From a virus (taxonomy: Duplodnaviria; Caudoviricetes), in the IMG/VR virus record IMGVR_UViG_3300035492_000236: a DNA stretch of 64,000 nt. One strand, written 5' to 3'. Position numbers and translations under genes: made by a program. This document shows, in pieces, positions 37,937 through 47,468 of the stretch (the stretch's first letter is position 1; the number at the start of each line of letters is the position of its first letter). The notes beneath the pieces are model-generated. The model was given only the letters and a program-made list of their open reading frames with translations. It searched no databases and was not told the origin of the DNA.

Positions 37937-39478
37937 TCAACTCACCCGTTTGGTGCCACGGTCTACAATTTCCACCGCGTAGCGTGCACCTTCGGCCAAC
38001 TTACCCAAGGCTGCGAACGACATTTGAACCACGTTCATGACATCCTTAGTCAGATCCAGCGTGGACATCAAGGCATCCATGATCTCGATTTCCTGCTTCT
38101 GATCGGAGTTAGGTATGTCTACCAAGATCGGCTGGGTCAGGTACGATCCTTCGCCTGCTTTTCCTTTTAGCAGCTTTATAGAAGCATTCAGATCACTCAT
38201 GCGCTTGCGCAGGACGGACAAATCTGACTCAAATCGCGGCTTACCCTTTTCATCAAAGATACTCCGGTGTAACCGGCCGAGCTGATCCAGCCCTTTCTCT
38301 GACATCAGTCCAGTCACCACCTTACGATGACGAGCTGGGCTGATTACCTTACCTTTCTGGTAATCGCCATCCACCCACATCCCCACGTAGTTACCACTAC
38401 GTTCGTTGATCGCATCCAGCACGGTGCGGAACTCAGGATCAATGGCAGCACGGAACTTACCCGATCGCAGGCCACGGTCCGTCATTGTGGCCGACGGCAT
38501 GTCTGTCTCAAACGTGATAATTGGGGCAGGATCCTGTCGTTTGTTGTCAATGGCGCGGCTGGCTGTACCTAACATGTGAATGACAGACTGCACTGCACGC
38601 TTGAGGTCACCATCGACAACGTATTGACCGTCTGAACCTTTTTCAGGCTCGCGAATTCGACCGACCTGCTCCACAGTTGAGCGAAGTACGTCAATCAAAC
38701 TGCTGGCACGGCTAAGCCAATTGTGCATGGCCAGGAAGTGGGTTGATGTCATCTGGATCTTACCATCCTTACCCTCCCACTCGTACGCTTCCAATACTTG
38801 AGGAATGGCACCGTGTTTGGACAGCAACATCTCCCCCAGCACCATATGCTCCCGCGTATCGCGGTCGGTCAGGCGAAACACACTTCGTATGGAATCCGCA
38901 TACAGTGCAGCGGCATCCTTAGCCTGACGCTCATCCAGCTTGGTTTTCTCCATCAATGCAGACAGCCGATGTAGGTATCCGTTTTGTACGGAATCCTCAG
39001 ACGTGAGATAACGACCAGGAAAACTGCCGGTGGCTGCTGAAGTGGTTACGGTAGAAGCGGCCGGCTCTTTTGCGACAGGGACAACCTTCTCCGCTGCTTC
39101 CTTCACGTCTTGATTTACTTTGTCCGTGTTAGTGATGGCACCGCCTTTACCACCCAGCGTACCGAAGGCATCGGACAACCAAGAGATCACCTTGGTAATC
39201 ACGAAGATGATGGCCGCCGCCGCCGCTGTCAGCACACCCAGTCGTTTAAAGTCAATGCGCTCCAAGGCCAGGCTACGCATGGTGTTGGACGGGAATGCCG
39301 TAAACGCCTTGATGTTTTTGTCACTGAAGATATCCGGACACACGGCTTCCAATACCGCAGCATCATCGCGCGACATACCTTCCAACGCAATCCGTTGGCG
39401 AATGACTTTCAAGTTATCCGCCACGGCCGTATATCGAAACGGCAATTCCTGCTCTTCAAATGCTTCCATGGCGAACAT
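37937..39478 (-). CDS. Internal head protein (phiKZ gp86-like), ejection-protein propeptide family
   Basis: Start moved to ATG 39478 (GGAGG RBS). AME/ALE...T.FPS.T...LALE propeptide followed by a hydrophobic helix, paralogous to 41211..42509. Confidence 0.65.
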   Translation of the reverse strand: MFAMEAFEEQELPFRYTAVADNLKVIRQRIALEGMSRDDAAVLEAVCPDIFSDKNIKAFTAFPSNTMRSLALERIDFKRLGVLTAAAAAIIFVITKVISWLSDAFGTLGGKGGAITNTDKVNQDVKEAAEKVVPVAKEPAASTVTTSAATGSFPGRYLTSEDSVQNGYLHRLSALMEKTKLDERQAKDAAALYADSIRSVFRLTDRDTREHMVLGEMLLSKHGAIPQVLEAYEWEGKDGKIQMTSTHFLAMHNWLSRASSLIDVLRSTVEQVGRIREPEKGSDGQYVVDGDLKRAVQSVIHMLGTASRAIDNKRQDPAPIITFETDMPSATMTDRGLRSGKFRAAIDPEFRTVLDAINERSGNYVGMWVDGDYQKGKVISPARHRKVVTGLMSEKGLDQLGRLHRSIFDEKGKPRFESDLSVLRKRMSDLNASIKLLKGKAGEGSYLTQPILVDIPNSDQKQEIEIMDALMSTLDLTKDVMNVVQMSFAALGKLAEGARYAVEIVDRGTKRVS

Positions 39479-39479
39479 G

Positions 39480-39911
39480 TCACTCACCTCCAGTGATCTG
39501 GGTAAAGGCAGCCTGCATTGCAGTGTGGAATTTACCAACCCACAACTCGTAATGGCTGGTCAGACCATCACCTGCCTTCAGGTCGGTATAAAAGGCGTCG
39601 GTGGACGGACCCACACGTGGGTTATTAATAGCGTGGTAGCGAGCCAGCCACAGTCTTTGTACATCCGCCAGTACTTGATCGGTGCGCACCAAGCAGATTT
39701 CATTCACCGAAGAAATCAGCTTCATGGCAGGCCCTTGCACCAGCGTGCGGTAGAAACCCATGTCTCCACCCACCTCTCCAGCAAAGCACGGTGCGGAGTA
39801 CGCGATGCTAGCCGCCAGACATTTCTCCAGAACCGTGCTCCGGTTCGGACCCACCAAACCAGAATTGACCTGAAAGCTGTGCAGGATCTCCCGCATGTTT
39901 GAATTACTCAT
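39480..39911 (-). CDS. Minor capsid protein (phiKZ gp85-like by synteny)
   Basis: 143 aa, in the operon between the gp84- and gp86-like genes. Confidence 0.55.
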   Translation of the reverse strand: MSNSNMREILHSFQVNSGLVGPNRSTVLEKCLAASIAYSAPCFAGEVGGDMGFYRTLVQGPAMKLISSVNEICLVRTDQVLADVQRLWLARYHAINNPRVGPSTDAFYTDLKAGDGLTSHYELWVGKFHTAMQAAFTQITGGE

Positions 39912-39926
39912 TGGTTTTCGTCTCCA

Positions 39927-41210
39927 TTATTGAAACTTGGCGGCGGCAGCAAACAGGTCGTTGTTTGCCAGACGCTCTAATGATTGTTGGAATTCCATGC
40001 GCTTGCGCGACTCGTTGCCGGAAGGGATCACGTACAACCACATGGCTTCAAACAGGGTGGGTTTGTCCTTCACTACTTTACTGATAGCGCGGATGGCGTC
40101 CAGGTCCGCCAGAATCTCTTCCCGACGGTACGGTGCTAGCGACCGGTTTTTCAGCTCACTAACCATCTCTCGGTCGATGCGATCGAACCGCTCCCTGGGG
40201 TCGTCGTAGAGTTTGTCCATCGGCCGGGCGGCCAGCAACATGCCAATGTTAGCGATCAAAGTAAGCGGACTACCATATGCGGCCACGGCGGTGCTGGCAA
40301 TGAATGCCACTGTCTTAAGCAGTTCGATGGTCACATGCAGTGGCCAGGACATGTATGCGGGATTGAGCCACTGACTCCGATGCAGTTTATCCAGGGAAGT
40401 GATCAGGTACTTACCTGCACCATGGCGCACTGCAAACTGGTCGGCGGAGAACTCAAATGCCCGGTACGAGTAAACCTCATCTCCTTCTTCATTGCGACGC
40501 TGCTTCATCGTCTCACACACCAGGTGGGTATGCAACGTACCGCGATTGTCAGACGTAACTACTGTTTCTTTATCAGGAACAGTGATGCCCATGTGCTTGT
40601 CATAATCGAGCAGCACCTCGATCCGGTCTACATTCCGCTCCAGTTTGAGGATGCGTTCGACCGCTGCCGTGATAGCGTAATTGGCACTGACCAAATCGAT
40701 GAGGCGCTCAAAATAACTGGACAGGTGACCCATCTCATGCAGAATGATGGCAGCGATCTCATGGTCACTGAACTTGTTATTCTTCAGCAGGCCAGTCGAC
40801 AGATTCACTACAGACGTCAGTTTAGTGAAGTCACCATACACCTTGCCGTCTTTACGGTCATAGATTCCAGAGAACCGCCCCTTGACGAATTTGCGCACCG
40901 ACTCCAGATCGTCGTTAGTAGCATAAATCCGCATAAAGTTAGCCCACAGCGGATGGTTCTTATCCAGTTGCGGCACCCGCACGCTGGCATCAACGAACGG
41001 CAGATTGATGATGTTGAACTTCACGGAGATGCCAGTGTGGTCTTCAATAAGGCTAGGCATACCACGCTCAGCGAAAACGGCGTCCGTGAATTCACCCGCT
41101 CGTCGAATCTCGCCGATCATAGCGGCTAGCGGCTCAAACAGCTTGGCTGAAGATTGAAAGTCTATGGCTTCAGCAGCCACCCATGATTTCTTCATGTTAG
41201 TTGTTTCCAT
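39927..41210 (-). CDS. Virion protein (phiKZ gp84-like) with a zincin metallopeptidase motif
   Basis: AIILHEMGH (HExxH) plus downstream FEFSADQFA (ExxAD). Confidence 0.65.
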   Translation of the reverse strand: METTNMKKSWVAAEAIDFQSSAKLFEPLAAMIGEIRRAGEFTDAVFAERGMPSLIEDHTGISVKFNIINLPFVDASVRVPQLDKNHPLWANFMRIYATNDDLESVRKFVKGRFSGIYDRKDGKVYGDFTKLTSVVNLSTGLLKNNKFSDHEIAAIILHEMGHLSSYFERLIDLVSANYAITAAVERILKLERNVDRIEVLLDYDKHMGITVPDKETVVTSDNRGTLHTHLVCETMKQRRNEEGDEVYSYRAFEFSADQFAVRHGAGKYLITSLDKLHRSQWLNPAYMSWPLHVTIELLKTVAFIASTAVAAYGSPLTLIANIGMLLAARPMDKLYDDPRERFDRIDREMVSELKNRSLAPYRREEILADLDAIRAISKVVKDKPTLFEAMWLYVIPSGNESRKRMEFQQSLERLANNDLFAAAAKFQ

Positions 41211-42509
41211 TTAAAGGTTGGTGATGATGCCCAAGATTCTGGTTTTACTGATGCTAGACATCAGTTGACGACACGCATCACTGTAGCGGCCCGCCATCAA
41301 CACCACCGGCAAAATCTGGTTGGAGATTTCCGTCAGGGATTTCATGTGTTCCTTGAACGACTGTTCTTGGTGTTTGAATTCCTGTTTGTTCCAGAACTCG
41401 CTCTTGGCATCTTTGCGACGGCGGACACTGCGCAGTTTGCTAACGATAGTGGTGTTGTCGATGTCGAGTTTTCCTGGACCCTCCAGATCTACATCTGCGA
41501 GTTTAGTGTCGGGCATTTCTACCCCATCGCCAGGACGGTAGCTGAACTTGCGTCGAGACAACTCCTTTGCCTTCTCGAACTCCTTAGATCCGCGAAGACC
41601 TTGGATGCGTTCAACCCGTTTGCGAAGATCGACCACCTTGTGACCGAGCTCACCCACACGCAGGCCGGCCTGTTGTCCATTCGATGCATTCAGTACGTCA
41701 CTGGCTTGCTTAAGGCAATCAGTCAACCCATCAAAAACGCTCGAAACATCGCGAAGGATACCAGGGAGCCTATCGCCATAAACGGTCCCAATCATCACTG
41801 CACCAGAAACTGGGCGATTGGACGCCAGGGCTCCAGCCATGTGAGGTGACTTGCGGTAGATCGGACCATTTACGATAGTCTCGAACTCCTTCTTGAAGTT
41901 CTTGGTGCTGATCTTTTCGTTCTTGCGAACCAGTACTTGCATCAGGGCAATCTTGTTAACGTCTGTCTCATTAAACAAGTACTCAACCACTGCCTTATTG
42001 AGGTCCTTGTCATCGGTACGCGGGTTGAGTGTTGCATTACGCATCTTCTCGCCAGAGTCCGCCACGGCCTTGCTGAGTTTGGCATGATAATCATTCATCA
42101 GTTTAAAGTGGTCATTAACTGCACTCTGGTACTCCTTGCCCAAGTTACCACCGCCGACCTTACTGTCACCACCACTACCACCACCAGAAAGTTTACCCAC
42201 GATCCAGTCAATCAGTTTACCAACCGCATAGCCAACACCGGCACCGATCACTGCCGCGCCAGCGATCTTACCGACCGCTTCCAACACCGACTCAACCGCC
42301 ACGGTCTGTTGGGTTTTGGACGGGTAGGTGGTGAGCTTCCGGCGATCCACTTGCTTAAGGGCGCCTGGTAACACGGCTTCGATGACATCGTAGTCTTCAA
42401 CACACACGCCAACGTGCTGCATTCGTTGGATGCGCGGGGCCAACGCACCCGCAATCACCGATTTGTCGAAGTCAAACGCCTCGACCGCGACAGAAAAATC
42501 CTCAGTCAT
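41211..42509 (-). CDS. Internal head protein (phiKZ gp83-like)
   Basis: VAVE...LTTYPSKT..VAVE propeptide then a Gly/Ala hydrophobic helix ending KLIDWI. Confidence 0.65.
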   Translation of the reverse strand: MTEDFSVAVEAFDFDKSVIAGALAPRIQRMQHVGVCVEDYDVIEAVLPGALKQVDRRKLTTYPSKTQQTVAVESVLEAVGKIAGAAVIGAGVGYAVGKLIDWIVGKLSGGGSGGDSKVGGGNLGKEYQSAVNDHFKLMNDYHAKLSKAVADSGEKMRNATLNPRTDDKDLNKAVVEYLFNETDVNKIALMQVLVRKNEKISTKNFKKEFETIVNGPIYRKSPHMAGALASNRPVSGAVMIGTVYGDRLPGILRDVSSVFDGLTDCLKQASDVLNASNGQQAGLRVGELGHKVVDLRKRVERIQGLRGSKEFEKAKELSRRKFSYRPGDGVEMPDTKLADVDLEGPGKLDIDNTTIVSKLRSVRRRKDAKSEFWNKQEFKHQEQSFKEHMKSLTEISNQILPVVLMAGRYSDACRQLMSSISKTRILGIITNL

Positions 42510-42597
42510 CTCTTGCTCCGTTAATTAATTAAGAGGGTTGCCAATCATACGTTATCGACAATCGACAAAAAAATAATCTCGTCAGGGGTATCGTGTA

Positions 42598-44006
42598 ATG
42601 GTCAAAATACCACCCGATCAAATCAAAGGTATCGAGTGTAAACATGTGGCATACCAGCAGTCCATCGACCGCTCGGAAAATGACATGCTACTCGTAAAGG
42701 AAGTGGTACACACAAAAGATGGTCAACAGATCCCACGCATTAAGCTGATGGAGAATTTCAAGCGGCCAGTTTACGTTACCAAGAAACCTTATCGGAACCA
42801 CGAAGACAAAAAAGAATACGAAGAAGAAAGTAAACTCGACCGGTACGATTGCACCCAGGCAGGCATGTCGACCACGCTACAACGGGCATTGGGTTTCAGC
42901 GTACCCAATCCCGCGAAGCAGCTGCGTGAGGTGTGTCGCAGTCCTTATATCTACAACGCGGACCTGAACTCCACCACCATTGTGAAAGCCGCCTACAAAC
43001 GTAAATGGCCCGACGTGGTGTCATTGAGTAAGGTGGCTGTACTCGATATCGAGACCGATGTGTTGTACGGGACTGGTGAGCCTATCATGGTATCAGTGAC
43101 CATGGGCAAGCATAAAGTCATCGCGTTTGCGGATTGGTGGGCGGCAAAAGTCCACAACCTCGAAGGGCGGCTAAAAGAACGGTACGCACACCACCTGTCA
43201 GCGGTCACCATCTACGGCAAAAAGAAAGGCACCTACGTTACTCGTAACTTGGTGGAAGAGACCGGGTCAGACATTACCGTCATTGCGGATTGCAATATTG
43301 CTGAAGGTCTTCGTCGGGTGATGGAGTTAGTGCATCAATGGATGCCAGACTTCTTGGCCATCTGGAACATCGACTTCGACTTACCGCACTTGTTGCGGAT
43401 GTTAGATAAGTACAACGTCCCGTATGAGGACGTGTTTGTGGATCCGTCAGTACCACAACGGTATCGTCGCGTGTGGTATAAGCAAGCCAAAGCCGTGCGC
43501 GAGACCAACTCCAAAAGCATTGCCCAACACCCGGCCGACCTTTGGCACGTGTTGTTTTGTTTGGCAGGCTTCTACACCGTAGATGCCATGGCAGTGTTCA
43601 AGAAGATACGGACCGCGTTAGGGAACGAACCGGACTACAAACTGGAAAACGTGTTAAGGCGACACCTGGGTATTGGTAAACTGCGGATTCCGGAGTGTAA
43701 GACCGACCCCGAACAGGGCCTACCCTGGCACGTGGAGATGCAGCGGGATTTCCCGATCGATTATGCTGTCTACTGTATGTTCGACTGTATCTCCATCGAA
43801 CTGCTAGATCAGCGTACCGGCGACTTGGCAGTTACCCTGCCAGTGTTGTGTGGCATTAGTGACTTTGCGATTTTCCCTTCACTACCGAAACGGCTGGTAG
43901 ATAACCTCACCTACTTCTATCGTGACCGTGGTCTGATTCCTGGATGTGTGGGGGCAGACATCACCACCGACGAAGACGAGGGGGTGATCTCTATGACTCA
44001 GTGGAT
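42598..44006 (+). CDS. Family-B DNA polymerase subunit with 3'-5' exonuclease (phiKZ gp82-like), exon 1
   Basis: ExoI VAVLDIETD, ExoII IWNIDFDLPH, ExoIII YCMFDC. The unspliced frame stops at 44034; the exon ends ...CAG TGG AT. Confidence 0.85.
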
Positions 44007-44526
44007 AAACTGTATGAAAGCGTGTTTTGCGTAGCGTATTGGTTGCCGTATTGTAACCATTGCCGCATTACTCGTTTTCAGTAACAACTGTCCCACCCTC
44101 GAGTGATTGGGGGTTGATCGATATCTAATTGCTGGAACATCCTAAAGCTCAAGACGCGACAACGTGACTCGAAAGGGTGAGCGTGACCGTTGCCGAAAGG
44201 CAGAAAAAAGACTTGAGATGCCCTATGCTTAAAGGAGTGCCCGTCGGGAGACGCGCCGCTAAGGGGTGATATAATGGATGATCAGCAGCCAAGGCTCTGT
44301 GGAACGTCGGGAGACGCGCTATGGGCAAGGTTCAACGACTATGGCCTAACTAGCCAGTACCTGCCAAGCGGCTGGGGAAATGGTATCCGCCTGCGGGTTG
44401 TATTCGATACAACAATGCGCAGGATGATAATATAGTCTGGACATCTGGGGAAACCCCAGAGCAGCGTCGCCGACCGGGAGGTCCGCGATGGCGGTTTGAG
44501 GTTAGCGGCCTCAAGCGAACATTTCG
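44007..44526 (+). ncRNA. Group I self-splicing intron, IA-like, no homing endonuclease ORF (520 nt)
   Basis: P AATTGCTGGAA (44127-37), Q ATCAGCAGCC (44281-90), R GTTCAACGACTAT (44330-42), S GATAATATAGTC (44426-37). P7 GACTAT/ATAGTC, P3 GATATC/GGTATC and P4 TGCTG/CAGCA pair. The exon ends in U and the intron ends in G. Confidence 0.92.
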
Positions 44527-44863
44527 TGTAACATTACCTGCCCATATGGTGGAACTCAATGGTCTTAAATGCGTTGCAGAGATCCCCGAACTCACCACTA
44601 CATTTCGGGCACAGACTGCTGACGATGATATCACACAGGCTTACCCTACTGGGGAAGTGATCATGAACGTCTCTAAGGAGACGACCTGTATCGAATTATG
44701 TGAGATCGAAGGCGTGTCGGAAGAAGCCCGGCGTCGTCAAGGCATCAACCTCACGGGTGGCAATACTAACGCCATCGAGATATGTAATGAATTGTTGAAC
44801 ATGCCGTACATCCACGATGTATTGGACGTATTTAAAGCTGACATTGAGGCAGGATTAGTATGA
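44527..44863 (+). CDS. DNA polymerase subunit, exon 2
   Basis: Splice junction TGG AT|T GTA ACA TTA CCT gives WIVTLPAHMVELNG, in frame with the track ORF 44546..44863. The spliced CDS is 1746 nt (581 aa). Confidence 0.85.
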
Positions 44864-45513
44864 AATCGTTTTTAGCGATGGCCATTGAGTCCCACGGTGG
44901 CAAGGAAGAAGAAAAAGAGTACAGTTACTTCGTTAAGCTCACTCAGGCGCAATTGAACGACATCATTGCCATGGAAGGGGCGGTCGTAGGTAGCACCTTC
45001 TCCGAAACCAAACTGCCCTCAGAGAACGGACTGGCGTCGCGACTGCGGCGTTATCAGAAAGACGGGGTTGCTACTTATGAGCTCACAACTAAGGAGTACC
45101 ACGGTGAGCACAAGACCAAACTGGAGACCAACGACACGCTGTCTGAAGCGAACTACCGCTCGCTAATGCAGCTGGGCATCAGCACTAACGTGCGTAGCCG
45201 CATTCATCTGCCAGTTTACAAGCACGGTGAGCCGGTGATGAAGAAGCACGGCCCACTGCAGTGGGAGTTTGATTTGTATCACGTCGCTGACGACAACCAA
45301 GTCAGTGCGTGGGCAAAAGTGGAGCTGGAAGTAGATGTGGTGGCATTTGGCGACATTATCGACTTGATTCCGTTCGCGTACGATGACCTGATCCCCTCAG
45401 ACTCCAGCAAGGAAGAAGACCGGGCCTTTATTGCACACCTCTACGCCAACGTCTACGACGTGTCTAAAAACCCAACTAGTGCTGCAGAAGAAGACGTGCT
45501 CACGTTCTCGTGA
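44860..45513 (+). CDS. CYTH / triphosphate-tunnel metalloenzyme-like protein
   Basis: ExExK-like EEEKEY, then SRLRR, YELTTK, KLETN, RSRIHL, WEFDLY and KVELEVD in the CYTH motif order. Confidence 0.6.
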   Translation: MKSFLAMAIESHGGKEEEKEYSYFVKLTQAQLNDIIAMEGAVVGSTFSETKLPSENGLASRLRRYQKDGVATYELTTKEYHGEHKTKLETNDTLSEANYRSLMQLGISTNVRSRIHLPVYKHGEPVMKKHGPLQWEFDLYHVADDNQVSAWAKVELEVDVVAFGDIIDLIPFAYDDLIPSDSSKEEDRAFIAHLYANVYDVSKNPTSAAEEDVLTFS

Positions 45514-45522
45514 CACATAACA

Positions 45523-45552
45523 CCCTCTAGGAGCCTGCGGGCTCCTAGAGGG
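45523..45552. terminator. Hairpin between convergent genes, probable bidirectional terminator
   Basis: CCCTCTAGGAGCC/GGCTCCTAGAGGG perfect 13-bp stem. Confidence 0.7.
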
Positions 45553-45561
45553 GACGTCTAT

Positions 45562-46161
45562 TTATTTGCTAGGGAAGAAGCCAGCGAATGCTTTGGCTGC
45601 CGCTTCGTTTTTCACGTGGCGCAGCGCATACTCAACGTCTTTCATCGCACGGATCTTGGTGGGATCCTCCAGACGAACGTAACAGGTCAGCAGATCCAGC
45701 ACGCCCACGAAGGTTTCCCGGTCGGCGGTGGTTTTGATACCATTAGCATATCGATACAGGATCGTCGGGGCAAAGGCACCGGCCTTGTCGTTCTTGATCG
45801 CATTAACCAGCGTATCAAAGATACCACGCAGCTCGCCATTGTTCAGGGTGAACATGTTACGTACCGCAGTGACCAGGCCGGAGGTAGCCAGTTGGGTATC
45901 TTTGGTGTCGCCGGAAGCCACGCCGCACTTGGCAGCATAATCGGCGATTTGAGCCTTGATGATCTTAACCCGCTCCGGATTAGAGGCGGTATCTGCACCA
46001 GCCTGTTTGCGGAACATACCTGCCGGGGCGGCATTTTCGGAACGGGTGGCTTTCTGTTGCTGCTCCCGTTCACGCTCCTGGCGGCGATCCTGACGACGCT
46101 CAGGTTGATTGCGCTCTTCCTGATTGGGCTGTTCTTCGATCTTCTCGATATCGTCACTCAT
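45562..46161 (-). CDS. Hypothetical or virion protein (phiKZ gp79-like by synteny)
   Basis: 199 aa, charged disordered N-terminus, AGGA RBS. Confidence 0.6.
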   Translation of the reverse strand: MSDDIEKIEEQPNQEERNQPERRQDRRQEREREQQQKATRSENAAPAGMFRKQAGADTASNPERVKIIKAQIADYAAKCGVASGDTKDTQLATSGLVTAVRNMFTLNNGELRGIFDTLVNAIKNDKAGAFAPTILYRYANGIKTTADRETFVGVLDLLTCYVRLEDPTKIRAMKDVEYALRHVKNEAAAKAFAGFFPSK

Positions 46162-46181
46162 GACTATTCGTCCTTTTACGG

Positions 46182-47468
46182 TTAACTGATGTGTAGTTCA
46201 GGTTTATACTCGGCCACTGCCAGCTCAATGCCGTGCATAGACGACATATACGCGAGCATGATGCCGGAACCCAGTTCAGAGATTTCTGCTGCGGCAGCAC
46301 TAGGATCGCGCGCCAGCGCCTCCACCGCACAAGCCGAACAGTAGTCATCGTCTGGCTGTTGACATAAGATAGGGCGACGTAGGCCCACCACTTTATTAAA
46401 GTGACGTTCAGCACTTTCTTCCGTCAGGCGCTCAGTGGTGCTACCAACCACCACGTTCATGTTCTGATATGGCTTCCAATTGTCCTTGGTGAGGATGAAC
46501 TTATGCACTCGCTTGGTGCCACAGTCCCCCTTGATAACCCGTAGACTTTGGAACATTCGCTGCAGCAAGGTAACCTTCTCACCACCCTTAGCGGTGTTCA
46601 GGCCTCGGTCCAACGAACCTTCACGGGTGGAGTTGTACAGTTCCGGCAGGTGCTTCATGTCCCAACCCTCGTTCAGGGACTTCGACACGAACGTGAATCC
46701 ACCATCCTCGCGGAAGGCACTTTCCACCCCCGACATCACGAACATTTTCTTTCGCTTAACCGAGTAGTCTTTGCCGCTGAGGTAGAAGCCGGCGGCGTCA
46801 TCGTCTTTAAGCCATTCCTTATCAAGCGCCACCAATTCATCTTGGATCTTTGCAATGACCGACTGATCATTCAACTGGTCCTTGTATTTCTCAATGAGTT
46901 CGTCACGGCGCTTCGCCATTTCAGGGTGTGTGGTCAGGGACTTGGTTGACCCAGTCGGGGTAATGTACGGACACAGGCTGGTCAGTTCAAACATGGCCTT
47001 AACAAACCGAGACACCTCACTGGGGTAAAATTTGTCAGGTGCCCGGTCTTCCTCACGCTCAGGCTCATCGACCACGCGATTGATAAACTGCTTAACTAAA
47101 TCACCGGCCGTCACCTTGTGCTGAAAGGGGAGCTTCTTCCCAAACGCATAGTGCACTACCATATAGTTAAACAAGGCCCGGCCATAGGTTGTTTCCATTT
47201 TACTGTCGTGGTTAGGCAGATCGCCAACCTCAAAGGTGGCTAGTCCACGGTTATCCAAAATAGGGTCCGTGCTGGGAATGCCCTCTAGCTTCTCCCATGA
47301 CTGCTCTGGCGTGTACCAATACACACCGTCGGATCGGTAGTCGACATCGTACGGTTCGAGCTCGTGATCGGTCGGCAGTCGAGACACAGAAAATAAGCTG
47401 ATGCGCCATGCCCGCCACTTCCACCGGTCAGCCAGGCAGCCGCGGACAAACAATTCATGCGGTGTCAT
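46182..47468 (-). CDS. Virion RNA polymerase beta' subunit, C-terminal part (phiKZ gp80-like)
   Basis: Start moved to ATG 47468. REGSLDRGLNTAKGG (bridge helix), GDCGT, CQQPDDDYCSAC zinc site and trigger-loop-like LAYMSSMH. Confidence 0.85.
   Translation of the reverse strand: MTPHELFVRGCLADRWKWRAWRISLFSVSRLPTDHELEPYDVDYRSDGVYWYTPEQSWEKLEGIPSTDPILDNRGLATFEVGDLPNHDSKMETTYGRALFNYMVVHYAFGKKLPFQHKVTAGDLVKQFINRVVDEPEREEDRAPDKFYPSEVSRFVKAMFELTSLCPYITPTGSTKSLTTHPEMAKRRDELIEKYKDQLNDQSVIAKIQDELVALDKEWLKDDDAAGFYLSGKDYSVKRKKMFVMSGVESAFREDGGFTFVSKSLNEGWDMKHLPELYNSTREGSLDRGLNTAKGGEKVTLLQRMFQSLRVIKGDCGTKRVHKFILTKDNWKPYQNMNVVVGSTTERLTEESAERHFNKVVGLRRPILCQQPDDDYCSACAVEALARDPSAAAAEISELGSGIMLAYMSSMHGIELAVAEYKPELHIS

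Noticed and set aside
44350-44634. 94-aa minus-strand ORF within the intron as a possible homing endonuclease
   Set aside because: Wrong strand, crosses the catalytic core and the 3' exon, and has no HNH, GIY-YIG or LAGLIDADG motif.
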